From: Podarcis filfolensis
Lineage: Eukaryota
Length of the DNA: 64,000 bases
Strand: one strand, 5' to 3'
Assembly (NCBI GenBank): GCA_964270895.1
Contig: OZ185441.1
Shown here: positions 38,333 through 50,400 of the stretch, one piece after another
Position numbering within the stretch: position 1 is the stretch's first letter
Layout of the letters: every line of letters starts with the position of its first letter
Position numbers and translations under genes: made by a program
The notes under the pieces: generated by a model
Databases searched by the model: none
Told to the model about the DNA's origin: nothing
The model's input: the letters and a program-made list of their open reading frames with translations, nothing else

Positions 38333-39669
38333 ATATATTTATCCCAGGTGAGATTGAGAGAGCAAGTTTTGTGACAAATGCCTGGAGAGAAGAGGATTAA
38401 GCATGCCCAAGCCTGTGCTGTAGGGTGAAAAATGGAGGGAAGAATAATAATTTATAACCTGTACTTCGGTCCTGAACTGAGCCCTGAGAGTGATTACTAT
38501 ATCTAAATTACCCTGTTCAATGAAAATAAGAAGAGCCTTGTTGGGTGAGACCAAAGGCCTACCTATTCCAGCATCCTGTTATCCATAGTAGCCTAGCAGA
38601 TGTCCATGAAAAGTCCTCAAGGAAGACCTGAGTCCAGGAGACCTCACCCAGTGCTGTTCCCCAAGCATGCCACCTCTGATTCTGGATGTAGTTAACAGTA
38701 ACCATGGCTAGTAGCATACATCATCATGGAAGGGGGCAATACTTACTTGATCTCCTGTCACTGGTGTCATTGCACCTTGCTGGGAGAGAGAAGCGGATTG
38801 TGACTGGGAGGTCAGCATGGTGCAGGTGCACTGGCAGGAGTGCCATATTATTCAGCTGTTGTGTTTTCACCACTGTTGACTGGTTACTAGCCTTATTTTT
38901 CTTGAATTAATGTAATAGCTAGGGTACAATACTTTCATCAAGCAGGAGGATGGATCTATAGCAATCTATCCAGGAATCTGTGATCCCATGAATACCAGAA
39001 ACTGGCAGCGTTTAGTTATGCAGCCATTGGCTGTGATGGACACAACATAAATCATCAGTCAGCATCCAAAACAAGAAAAGTATGGTGTGCAGTATTGGAA
39101 GAATCATTCCTGATCAAGCTGAAACAAGAGGATTTCTTCTGAAACCAGATTTCCAATTCATTATTTCAATGTGTGTTTTCACAATACTTCTCATCATAAA
39201 CCAAGAGACATTAATCCTAGAATTCTATGCCCAAATCCAGCTGTCTCATTTGGATGCTGTCAGCTATAATTCCTCCAGTTTTCTATGTTTTTCTCTCTCT
39301 CCATTTCTTGTCAAAAAGCAGCACAGTTCTACTGTGATTTTTTAAAAAGAAAAAAGACATCACAGAAATTGAGAATGTTCAGAAAGAGGAGGAATAGTGT
39401 CCCATATGGATATCACAAATCTGGACTGAAGCTCGCTTCATGTTTGCAAAGCTCATTAAAAATTGTCAGTTAAAAGATACAAGAAAGCTGAAAGTGCCAT
39501 TGTTATTAGCTGACGGATTTCAATTCCCACAAGATGAGAGACACATTCTCATAGACTTTGCATTAGAACCTCTGATTCAGCTGAACCTTCGCTTGATGTT
39601 GAATTGCTCTTTCAGGTGGGCAATGTAGCATATACAAGAAGGTAGTTATTGCATTGTAACAGGTAGGGA

Positions 39670-39810
39670 TGGTTGGACAGTGTTCTCAAAGCTACAAACA
39701 TGAGTCTGACCAAACTGCGGGAGGCAGTGGAAGACAGGAGTGCCTGGCGTGCTCTGGTCCATGGGGTCACGAAGAGTCGGACACGACTAAACAAAACAAC
39801 AACAACAACA
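39670..39810 (+). mobile_element. Short 5'-truncated Bov-B 3' end with a 15-bp TSD
   Basis: Near-identical to the end of the 15435-15790 copy; flanked by AACAGGTAGGGATGG at 39658-39672 and 39807-39821. Confidence 0.92.
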
Positions 39811-40194
39811 GGTAGGGATGGGGAGCCTCTGGTCCTCCAGGTGTTGCTGAACTAGAACTGCCAACAGTCAGCAAGGCAAATGTTCAGAGAACCTGGGAGT
39901 AGTAGCTTTAACAATATCTGAATGGCCACAGATAATAAGAGATCACTGGAATTCAAGTTCAGCTCGAATTTTCAGGGCTTTCGCGTTTCAGGGTGTTTAT
40001 CACCATTCCTAACTGCGGTCTCGTGGTATTCCTAACCCAGTAATGAGGAAGTTCATCTTCATATCAGCCCCAGGCAGCCTGGCCAACGGTCAGGGATGAG
40101 GGCAACCTCTGTATGGGTTCCTCATGTCTGCTCTACCCATTGACAATGTAGCTGTGATTATATTATATTATTATAGCTGTTGTTGCTGCTGTTT

Positions 40195-40505
40195 TTGTAA
40201 TACGTTGCTTATTGCCAGAACAGGCTTCTAAGCAGTTTGCAAGTATAAAAACCGATTACAGAAACATAAAATATAAACCTCCATAATTAAAATACAGAAT
40301 TAAAAAACACAACCCCATGAAAAAATTAAAATACAAATACCCATGTGTTAAATATGCAATAAAAATATCCCATTAAATCAACACAGTCATTAAAGCAGGT
40401 GACTCAGGTCAAGAGATCAAAGGACTGCCTATGTAAACAGGCGCATGTTTAAAAGACGGTGGAATACCAATACATATGGAACCTTTCATATTTCAGTAGG
40501 GAGCA
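40195..40505 (-). mobile_element. Degenerate L2-like 3' fragment
   Basis: tacgttgctta...caggcttctaagcagttt tail and aaaggactgcc...tttaaaagacggtggaa resemble the reverse complement of an L2 end. Confidence 0.5.
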
Positions 40506-41385
40506 CCACATCACCACGTGTGATCCTGGTACATATTCACTCAAATGCAGTGACTGCAAATAGCATAGACCAAAAACAATGATATCAGCAGTGCTATTTT
40601 TCTAGAAGAGATGTTGGAACTCACCCCTTTGTGAGCAGATTCAGATGTTTCAGTGCAAGAACTTCATTTGCCAGATGACACCATGTCTTGACTTTTGCAT
40701 GCATGGAGTTTTATATATCCCTTGCCTCCTGAAAAAAAGGACAATTTCACACAGTGGTAGCAGTCTAGCATAGCAGGGCAGGAGCTCAAAGAATTGGGAT
40801 AGGAAAGTTATTACTGGCCTGCTGTGTCTCCTGATTAACTTCCAGTACCACATGGAAAGGTGCCAGTTCAGCAGAAGGCACCTTGGCTGTTCCACTAGCA
40901 GCAGACATAGGAGGAACCAGGCCCCATGGTGAGAATTCATGAACATATGTTCCAGAATACATTTTCTATTAATAGGACATAAATATGTGTCACGTTGAAT
41001 CAAGCCATGTCATTTTTGTTTATGTATATGAGAACCTCAAATAATTTGAAATCCCATGTTTGCAGTATACCACAGAAAATACTAGGCTCCAGTCAAAACC
41101 CACACATTAGTAGGATTCATCAGTTTCTTGATCAGAAATGAGATTAATGACTAAGGCGGCATTCAAACAGCACTTTATTCATTTCCCCCGATATTTCCTT
41201 ACCTGGAAATACTGCATTTGTGAATTTTATGTGATCTTTCACTTGATACAAAAGCCGCTTTTGGAAATCTAGTGGAATCTGGTGGGCGTTTAGCACTTGT
41301 TTCCATGTTAATTGCTTCTGGGGGTGAAGGGGAGGTTTGCAGCCCCATTAACTCCTAGGAAAAAAAATGCCATTTTTTTCATGTA

Positions 41386-41627
41386 CAGTGGTACCTCGGT
41401 TTAAGTACTTAATTCATTTCGGAGGTCCGTTCTTAACCTGAAATTGTTTTTAACCTGAAGCACCACTTTAGCTAATGGGGCCTCCTGCTGCTGCCGCACC
41501 GCCGGAGCACGTTTTCTATTCTCATCCTGAAGCAAAGTTCTTAACCTGAAGCACTATTTCTGGGTTAGTGGAGTCTGTAACCTGAAGCGTATGTAACCTG
41601 AAGCGTATGTAACCTGAGGTACCACTG
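41386..41627. mobile_element. Tc1/mariner (pogo/Tigger-like) MITE, 242 bp
   Basis: TIR cagtggtacctc / gaggtaccactg; TA TSD on both sides; subterminal gtaacctgaagcgtat repeats. Confidence 0.92.
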
Positions 41628-41927
41628 TAGTTTAATTGGAACATGCCATGTGATATAATTTGGGATTGTATTACAACATACAGTTCTTTCCCTCTGTTTT
41701 CATGAGTCACATGATGGAATAACAGAAGCACACATGTGTACAAAGGATGGCAACATGCCTAGGTATGTCTGCTGTTGTGAACACCCTCCCACTGGTGTGA
41801 ATGAAATTTAGCATGGCATGGTGGTATATTGATCAAAAAGCCACAGTTCAATAAGGCAAAAAGTCATACAGTATAAAGGGAACCTTAGAAATGGGAGGTG
41901 CATTAAGATGTAGGAATATTGTGTTAG

Positions 41928-42362
41928 TGTAATGGTTCTAGGGGTTGCTCGTACGTAAGTTGCCGCCACTCCTGGCTAGGTTACCTGGTTGAACCCTTTC
42001 TGTCTGGACAGCCTCTCTCTTCGTGGCTGTCTCAGTCGCTGGCAGAATCCGTCAGTGGGCGTTTCTTGAACTTCTTCCAGCAAAGAAGTTCTTTGACGCC
42101 AAGTCTCCTCCTACTCTCCCTGCGCAGAAGTCTTCTGCGCAGGGAGGGTGTGGGCAGTGGAGCACCCCTGCTCTCCCCGCTGGTCTCCGGCGAGGAGTCC
42201 TGGAGCCTCCTCTCCGATTCCCCCATCTGCCCCCCTTCCGCACTGGTGTTACGCTGATTTCCTTCCCCAGCAGATGGGCTGCCTCTCTCCCTACTGGGAC
42301 CCTCTCCGGCATCCCCCCGGAGCCTTCCCTCCGCCTCTGGCTCCGATGGCAGTTCCCTGACA
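41928..42362 (-). mobile_element. Solo LTR (435 bp), probably Gypsy-type
   Basis: TG...CA termini (tgtaatgg...ccctgaca); perfect 5-bp TSD GTTAG at 41923-41927 and 42363-42367; CpG-rich. Confidence 0.88.
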
Positions 42363-42840
42363 GTTAGTTTTCCTGATTATACTGCTAGCAGTTCTGCTCC
42401 ATTTTCTAACATTCCTTTCATGCGGCAATGCCTGTTGTGTTATGGAACTGTGCCTGTTTGACCAATATACTTGCATGTCGCACTAAATTTCATTCGCACC
42501 AGTGTGTGTGATGTGACACAACAACAATCATCACCCTTTCTGAATGTATGTGCTTCTGTTCCCCTATGAAAAACTGCAGGAAATAACTGTATGGTCGTAT
42601 ACCGCTCCAAATTTTGTCACTTTACCCCTGTGATTTTCCGGGTTAGGGGGGCAGCAAATGGATTTTTTCTGGAATCAATTAACACGGAAATGAGCGCTAA
42701 GCTTGTGCTATATTCCATTAGATTTCTGGAAGTGGATTTTACATTGTGGGAAAGCTCAAATATAATTAACAGTTAGGGAAATGTCTGGGAAATGGAATAA
42801 ATTGCCGTATGAAGGCAGCCTGGGACAGAAGTGCTAGCAT

Positions 42841-43145
42841 TGTTGTTGGCATCAATCTGACTCGAGAGACAATGGCAGAGTGTGCCTTTGGGGGTAAAGT
42901 CAAACTGTTGGATGGTTGCAGCACCTGCTGTGGCTGTAGAGACCAGTACAGGAAAGATATGTTTCGTTGCAGCTGAGGCAGTTGCAGGCATTCAGTTGTA
43001 CTGCTGTAGATGTACCATGGCGCTTTTGAAACAATATGTGAACCAAAGCACAGCCATCCTTTGAGATTTACACATCTCTGAATTTTGCAAAGCCTTTCTT
43101 CAGCTAAGTAATGTGTACAGAGATGCATATAAAGGGTGCATAAAA
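42841..43145. mobile_element. Second copy of the RTE 3' end / TGCAT-element chimera
   Basis: Colinear with ~32770-33050, with the same junction into gaaacaatatg. Confidence 0.75.
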
Positions 43146-43557
43146 ATACCTATGGAGACCAGGTGTCCTCTGGCTGCTTCTCTGACTCACTCAAACACTT
43201 TAGCGAGGTGTACCGAAAGGATGTTTAATGAAGATCAGTCTTTTCAGATATTTAAAATTAAACATGTATTGGGAGTTTATCTCTTACTTTTTACCATATG
43301 GCTGTACTGTTGTTGTTGTTGTGAACCATTTCAGGAAAGGCTTTGACCAGTAGTAGGTTGCAACACCCCCAATCTGCCCAGCTATTTACATTACATTCCT
43401 TTTTTTCCTTGGCTGACCCTACACAGTGATGGGTCACCTACTCCCAGTGAGATCAGTGCATTGATGCAGAAAGACATTTATACGAATTACATCCCCCCCC
43501 AAAAAAAAAAACAACAACAACCCAGAATGCTGTGTGGTACTGGAATCTGACCTAATA

Positions 43558-43602
43558 CATATATATATATATACACTATATATATATATATATATATATA
43601 TA
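43558..43602. repeat. Imperfect (TA)n microsatellite
   Basis: Directly visible. Confidence 0.9.
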
Positions 43603-46600
43603 TTCCACCTGAAAGTGTTTTCAGCCAGAACGATGAAGCCCTAAATAAAAATGGCAGTGATTGTCATCTCACTTACAGAGGTATTTTTCTTCAAATGCAC
43701 CACAGTCAGCACAAAAATAAAGTTGCATGGCTGAATAATGAAAAAAAGCAGGAAGTGAAAATAAAGTCCAGAACAATTATATTTCTGTCTGTTCTGTAGT
43801 CCCACCTGCAATTTATCTTGGAAACTAATGCTGTTAAATCCAGTCATGAAATGAAATGGAGTCATGTTTATTAAAGATTAATAAGATCACTGTGTGTATT
43901 CCTGAAATGCTACTGAACCTTAAATATAGATTATAGGTCAGAACTCACTGACAAAGCTTCTCAGGGGGCAGCAAAATGAGCACAATATGTCTATTAACTT
44001 CTGAAGGAGCGACTGAAAGCCTGCATGCTGACAGACCAAAGGTATCTATGATTAAAGTGGGTATATATTTGGTGATCATAGAAATATTGATGTTGAAATC
44101 ATCCAGTCATCTTGGAATCTCAAGGTAGTATTCAAATATGTCTTCTGCAGAGAAGACCCATAGAAATTAATTAACTTCAGTAAGCTCAGACCATTAATTT
44201 CAGTGGGCGTACTCTGAGTGAAATGTAGTTGAGTACCACCCTAAGTTTCAGGGAACTTTCCTGGATCAACAGCTCTTTCCCCACCCCCCACCCCCAATTA
44301 ACATACACACCCCATTATGGATTAATCGCTTCACTTTCATTCTCAGAGATGTGGTTAAGACACAGTGGTTAAGAATACCACGAAGCAGCATCTCATGAGG
44401 GACTAATAGTGGCACTGGTGTCCTTCAGGTGCTGGCATTGGATTCACCAGGACAGGGATGGTGTGGGACTTGAGGCTGTAGTGAGGTCGGGGGAGGTCTG
44501 GGTTGGCAGTGTTAGTGTGTCACAGGTACAGGGCCAACAACAACCACCTCACCTTGTCCCATCCTGGAGAACAGCACCACCAGAAGGGAACCGCTGCCAC
44601 TCCATCTCCTCATGCACCAGTGCTGAGCACCAGTGCCAATGAACCAGAAATCCTTGGTTCAGCTAAACCATAAACTATAAGCATCACGAGCTTTTACATC
44701 TTCAGTCTTCACCTGTGAGTACCAAGAATGGAGGACTTACTTCGGCTTCCATGCCTCTATAGGTTCTGATCTCATATCACTACTCAGCAGAGACAGGTAG
44801 ATTTATTAACATAAGAACTTCCTTGCAGCTAAGCAGAGCAGTTCATGCAGCCTTCCAAACATCCCAACATTCGTACAGAGACACAGAACAAATAAGAGGC
44901 CAGAATAAGAGGTAAAATAGACTGTTTCATGAATCCCACTGCATAGTTATTATGGGTTCACTTCAGTATCACACAGGGAAAAACCACCCTGGTCTACCAT
45001 GAAATACTATTTTAAGGATCACTGTGATGTATGTATGGGGTCACCAATGCCTCTGGGCTCTACATGGGCCCAGATACGCTCTTCATAGGAAAAGAAGATG
45101 GTAAAGCAGCTGGAAGTCCATTTCTGGCCTTCCAACCTCTTTCCAAAATCATTCAGAAAAGAAAAAGAACCCTGCCACTACCTGCTAGGTTTGGTAGATG
45201 GAGGAGCAAAGGGGCATTTTCTTGAATTATTTGTTTTTAAATGTATTGTCTGTTTTGGTTGGTTGGTTATGTGAGGGTGAGGGGGTTTGCCTCTATTTTT
45301 CATTGGCCAGTTAGTTGGAGTGAGGGGTCTAAATCCCCATTAAGCTATGTAGGCATAGCTCACATAGTATGGCATGTATGCCATTCTGAGCTCTTTTAAG
45401 GATGAAAGTGATAAAAAATGTATTAAAGATGGATATCAGGGGCCAGGGGAAGAGTAGATGTGAGCATATATATATTTTGCCTTTCATTCAGAAAATTCAG
45501 CTGGTGGTTCTTCCACTTGCCTTATTCACTATATCCACTGACCATACTATTGTAAATGTATGAGACTGATATTGATAATTAGCCCGAGCCACCAAAATAA
45601 TGCTGGTTCTAGATTTCATTCATATTCCAAATATTCCCATTTATTTTTCCGTTATGTACCTTGTGATTGTTACATCATACCTTTGTTTCCTGCTGCCCAT
45701 AGCATTTTGTCTGCTGCTGAATGCGACTTCTCTCTAACTCTTGCCCTTTGGCTTTCCATTGCCTTTCTCATATATTTCACTTTAGACCACATATGTCAGT
45801 GACTAACATTTCCCTGCAGAGCAATGATGTGCAAGAATGCCTGCCTAAAAGAGACCCATAGAACTGCATATTCATTCTGTGTGTCTATGTTTCTTTTACA
45901 AAGCACCAGTGGTTGCTGAACCACCAAAAAGTGGTCATAGTCTCTTAGTTAATCAATAAATCACATTAGATTTGTAAAGCATTCTTGATGTGAGTACTTC
46001 AGGACTAGCTACAGAAAGCCTAACACATACATCTTGGAGGGAAAGGAGATTATTAATATCAGGCTGTTTTGGATACAGTTCTGAACAGAAGAGCAGGAAT
46101 CTTGATACTGTGTTGGGATTTAGATTGGGCTAAATGACTTGTGGGATCCCCTCCAATCTCGTGATTACTTATTTTCAAGTTTGGGGGCTGGAAAATAATT
46201 CTGCTAAAATGATCAAACCACTTCATTTTGTTGCATAAAAAGCCCTAACCAGGTCTCTTAAGTATCTGCTTTGCAATGTAAACAAGGGACAATATGTTAC
46301 CACAGGAACTGGATGTACTTTTGACATTATGGTAGGAATAGCACAGGGGCAGACTTTAGTATTTCAAATTTCAGTGGCACCTGTGCAAAGCCAAAATCTG
46401 GCACCCCTTTGCCTCTTGCCTTCCATTCTGCTCAATTCACTAGTTGGGATGCCCTGTGGCGCCCCCTAGGCTCAGTACCCAGTGTGCTGCCCTAAATCTG
46501 CTTCTGAATGGTGGAAGCAATGCCATCGGTGTGTGTGTGTGTCCATGTTAAAGACAAAAATTGACTGGAAAGGTTTTTTGTTTTGTTTTTGTGGTTTGTG

Positions 46601-48385
46601 TGTGTGTGTTTTTGAGACACACAGAGAGATTGACTTTTATATGCTGGAAGCTAATGAATATCCAGGGGACTCTGGCTGGGTCCTCCTAGCAATTGAACCT
46701 TGGAGTATCTGTTGATGTTAAGTTGTATCTCCACCTATGCTCACATGCATATACTACCATACATCACATAATGCCACAAGTCTCCAATATTCTCATTCCA
46801 ATAACCCCTAGAATTCTCAACAACTTGGAGAACCAGGGCGCATGTAATAATGTATATTAAATAAATGTGTTTTCTCTCAGATCGGTTTCATGATCTGCTA
46901 TCTTCACTCCAGCTGCTATATAGCACCAGAGGCAGAGTCGTCCACACACTGTTCTGTAGACACTTCCTTTCACAGGAAGGAGAGTTGAAGCAGCCTCCCA
47001 CCAGTGGCAGCACCAAGGAGGAGGAGCCATTGGCCATTGAGCCACATGGCCGATACATTCAGCTCTGCCCCTGGCTCTTCCCAACGTCCTGATGTCATGT
47101 GCAAAACATTGCCCCCCTCAATCGCCCCCTCAGTCGCCCCTCCCAATCATGTGTTCCTGACCTGATCTCACAAACGAGGATTAATAGACACTGCTTCACA
47201 AAGGGTGATATTGGGTTTCTTCCATCTGAGCTGTTGTGGAAATAGCATTTATTTCATAAAGAGTGTTATGTAGAATGAATAGCATTTCTGTTCCTAGTGG
47301 TCTACACAGTGCTGATATACTGAAGTCAGTATGGATGAATGACTGCACGTACCAAAGTAAATAGATCTCATTTTGGAAAATTCAGACTTCTACTGTTTGT
47401 AAATTGTTTTCGTTCTGCTTGACTACTGGTGAACTTTAAAATGTGAAATCAATTCGAGAATAAGAAAATCTCAGTGAAGTGAAAATGAAATATTATTTCC
47501 CCACCCCTTCTTAACCCCTAAAGATAGTTTGGGAAGAGAAGTTGATAACAGGCAAATTGAATGCAGAGCAAGGATTAAGCTATAATGGGAAAGAGACTTC
47601 ATTCTCAATGCTTCAGCCACTGGGGTCTTAATTTTACACAGTACTTTCAGCAGTCTCTCTGTACCAACTTCAAACCACTGCAAGAAGACCTGTCTTCTTT
47701 CCTACATAGTATATTATTAGGAACAGATTATTCTAGTTTCTCGGGTGGTATAAAAAGCAGCCTTTTCTATAAAAGAACTCGTATGTTAGTAATCCAGGGC
47801 AAGGGTAGGAAAACTGCAACACCATGCAGCTTGTGCTGTGGGTCCTTTTTGGATCAGCGTGTTTCAATATTTTCCAAACAAGTGTATTTTGCATCTAGCA
47901 AAACTTGTCTAGTTTTTGATTCTCCGGGGACAGAAAAAGGAGACCTTGATACTTGTGTCACAGCAGCAGTGTGGGACCTGCAGCAGCATCACTCTTTCCC
48001 ATGCCTGCAGGGTAACAGGAGAGGTTCTGGACCAGTCAGCTTGTTAGGACAGGGAAACAAAGGTTCAAAACATTTAGGCACAAAGTTTACTAAGTGATCT
48101 TTGGCTAGTCACTGTCACTCAGCGTAAGCCACCTCACCTGGATCGTAGCGACGATCAAGGGAACTATATTATACTATCATGTAGTGTTTGGAGAAAGGGG
48201 GCGATGGTTAATTAACAGAGCATTAGCACAGTAGTTCTGCAACTCCAATATCTCTAAGGATATAAAATGTGTGTTTTATATTTCAGAGCTGAAAAAGTGT
48301 GTTTCAGGTTGTCTCAGTGGATTAATAATGACATTGACTATAGTAAAGCAGCATTACAGCACAACATAACAAATTACAATATGCT

Positions 48386-48386
48386 T

Positions 48387-48436
<50 letters not shown>
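48386..48436. repeat. (CT)n(GT)n compound microsatellite
   Basis: Directly visible. Confidence 0.95.
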
Positions 48437-48437
<1 letters not shown>

Positions 48438-49989
48438 ACACACCCACGCAAACACAAAATATGAAAGAGAAATAATTTGAAATTGGAATTTAGCTTCCCT
48501 ACATGCCTTACAGATTAAGTATTTATGCCTTTGAAGTGGACATCAAACTTCAGGAATTTGGTTCATCTCTTTTGAAAAGAGCAGCTATTTAGTGCTGCTG
48601 AGATCAGCATCTGCATTATCTATCAGTCTTGTAAGTGCTGGTTGAATAAGTGAAAGTTGCCTAAGGATAACATTAACTTGTGGGTCTGCTTTTTTTTTTT
48701 TTAATGCCCCATTTTTTCATTCATAGCTTGCCATCCTTTGCTCATTCAGGCTTGTGCTGGATCTTCCTTCATCATCTTTGGTGACTGCATATCATGCTCA
48801 TTCATGCATAACAGTGATCTGGCATTGCCCTAAATATATAGATGAAAGTCAGTATTTGCTCTATAGAATCCATATAGAAATGCATTGTTTTCTTCCAATA
48901 GACAAGTTCAGAGGGTGAAACCTGAGTAATGTTCAGGTTTAAACTTGAGTAATGTTCAGGTCTTAAACTAAGCTTTGGCTTAGTTTAAGAACGTACATTT
49001 GAAAAGTTAACAAATTTTCAGCTGTGTTCTACCTTTATTCTTCACATTTGAACCTTGGATTTTGTTTAGCTAGCAAAGCAAATTTTCTAAAATCATCCTT
49101 CTATTATTCATAAAAGCTCTAAAAAAAACAGCACTATACAGTCCACTCCACTTAGAGAACACTGCTGACTTTTTCAGCTTACTTGAATTCAATAATATAT
49201 TGTAGAGAGTATTTGCATCTCCAACAGGAGTGCATCAGTGCGATGTATTTATCCCATGCCCTGATCCCCCACCCAATGTGCTGCATTGCATTTACCATTT
49301 TTGAAAGGGTCTACATTTTCATGTGCAACTGATGGGGGAATCAGACATTTAAATGTTGCTGTGTTTAATGGTAGGACAGGTGGTTAATAGGTCCTTTTAT
49401 TGATGAAAACGATGTTAGAACTGTACTTTGATTTTTAAATGCATTGTTAAGCACCCCCATGCTAATTAATTAATTATACATTTTAATATAATTGCATGTG
49501 AGAGTGTGTGTGCTCTTTAATTTTCTATGAATGGCAAATGATTCTGCTTCCCAGTGGAGACTTCGTTTATTCCATCTCCTTTTCTCTCATTCCACTTCAG
49601 AAATGGAAGGACACAGGGGAAAGTGGAAAACAATTGAAAAAAGCAAAATTATATATAAATATATATTTAAAAAACACAACTAGGCTAATGGTGGGAAATA
49701 TTGTTTTGTAGTTTGCCATAGTTTATATGCAACCTGCGTTCCCACGTTTTGGTATTTTTTGACTCCAGGCTATTAAAGTTGAGGCTCAAGTTTTGGGGGA
49801 GTACAGGAGAGGCACGTGGAGAAAAGACCTGCATGTACGTCACAGATTCATGGATAGCCAACATGGTGCCCTCTAGCAGGGCAGTCCAACGTTTCCTACC
49901 AAGTGTGCCACAAGAGTACCTTGACACAGAACCTGTGGACCACACACTGCCTTGTCACACTGTAGTGGGAGGGAGCAAGGACAAAATTT

Positions 49990-49990
<1 letters not shown>

Positions 49991-50054
<64 letters not shown>
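49991..50054. repeat. (AC)n(AG)n compound microsatellite
   Basis: Directly visible. Confidence 0.97.
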
Positions 50055-50058
<4 letters not shown>

Positions 50059-50059
50059 C

Positions 50060-50300
50060 ATGCTGCTTTCCCAAAGCCAACTAAGTGAGGCAGTGGAAGA
50101 AGGTGCAAGGCTTTGGCAGTGCCCCAGTTACTCCCCAAATCTGGGAAAGTACTAACTAGGCTTTGGGAAGGAGGAAGGAGGACTCTAGGACCCTGTCAGA
50201 AGCCTCACATCTCCTTCCCAAAGCCCAATACCTCCATACCCAGCTTTGAGAAGGCAGTGTGAGGGCCTGGGAGTTCGTCAAATGCTGCTGAGGGTTGCCA
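50060..50300. mobile_element. Interspersed repeat module homologous to ~12905-13400, lacking the nested MITE
   Basis: Shared ctgggaaagtac..actagg, ggaccctgt(t/c)ag, agcctca and cccaaagccca. Confidence 0.7.
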
Positions 50301-50380
50301 AAAAGGCTTTGAAGGCCACATGTGGTCCTCAAATAGTGTTGAGCTACTGCTACTTGTCAGAAGTGATGGGATTTGTACAA

Positions 50381-50400
50381 CTGCATCTAGATGGCGCCAC
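50381..50400 (+). promoter_or_regulatory. Possible CTCF motif
   Basis: CATCTAGATGGCGC matches the core CCASYAGRKGGCRS at 12/14; motif match only. Confidence 0.25.

Noticed and set aside
47585-48097. Longest non-repeat ORF (170 aa)
   Set aside because: No recognisable domain, composition like random translation, no convincing splice or Kozak context; about the length expected by chance across six frames of 64 kb
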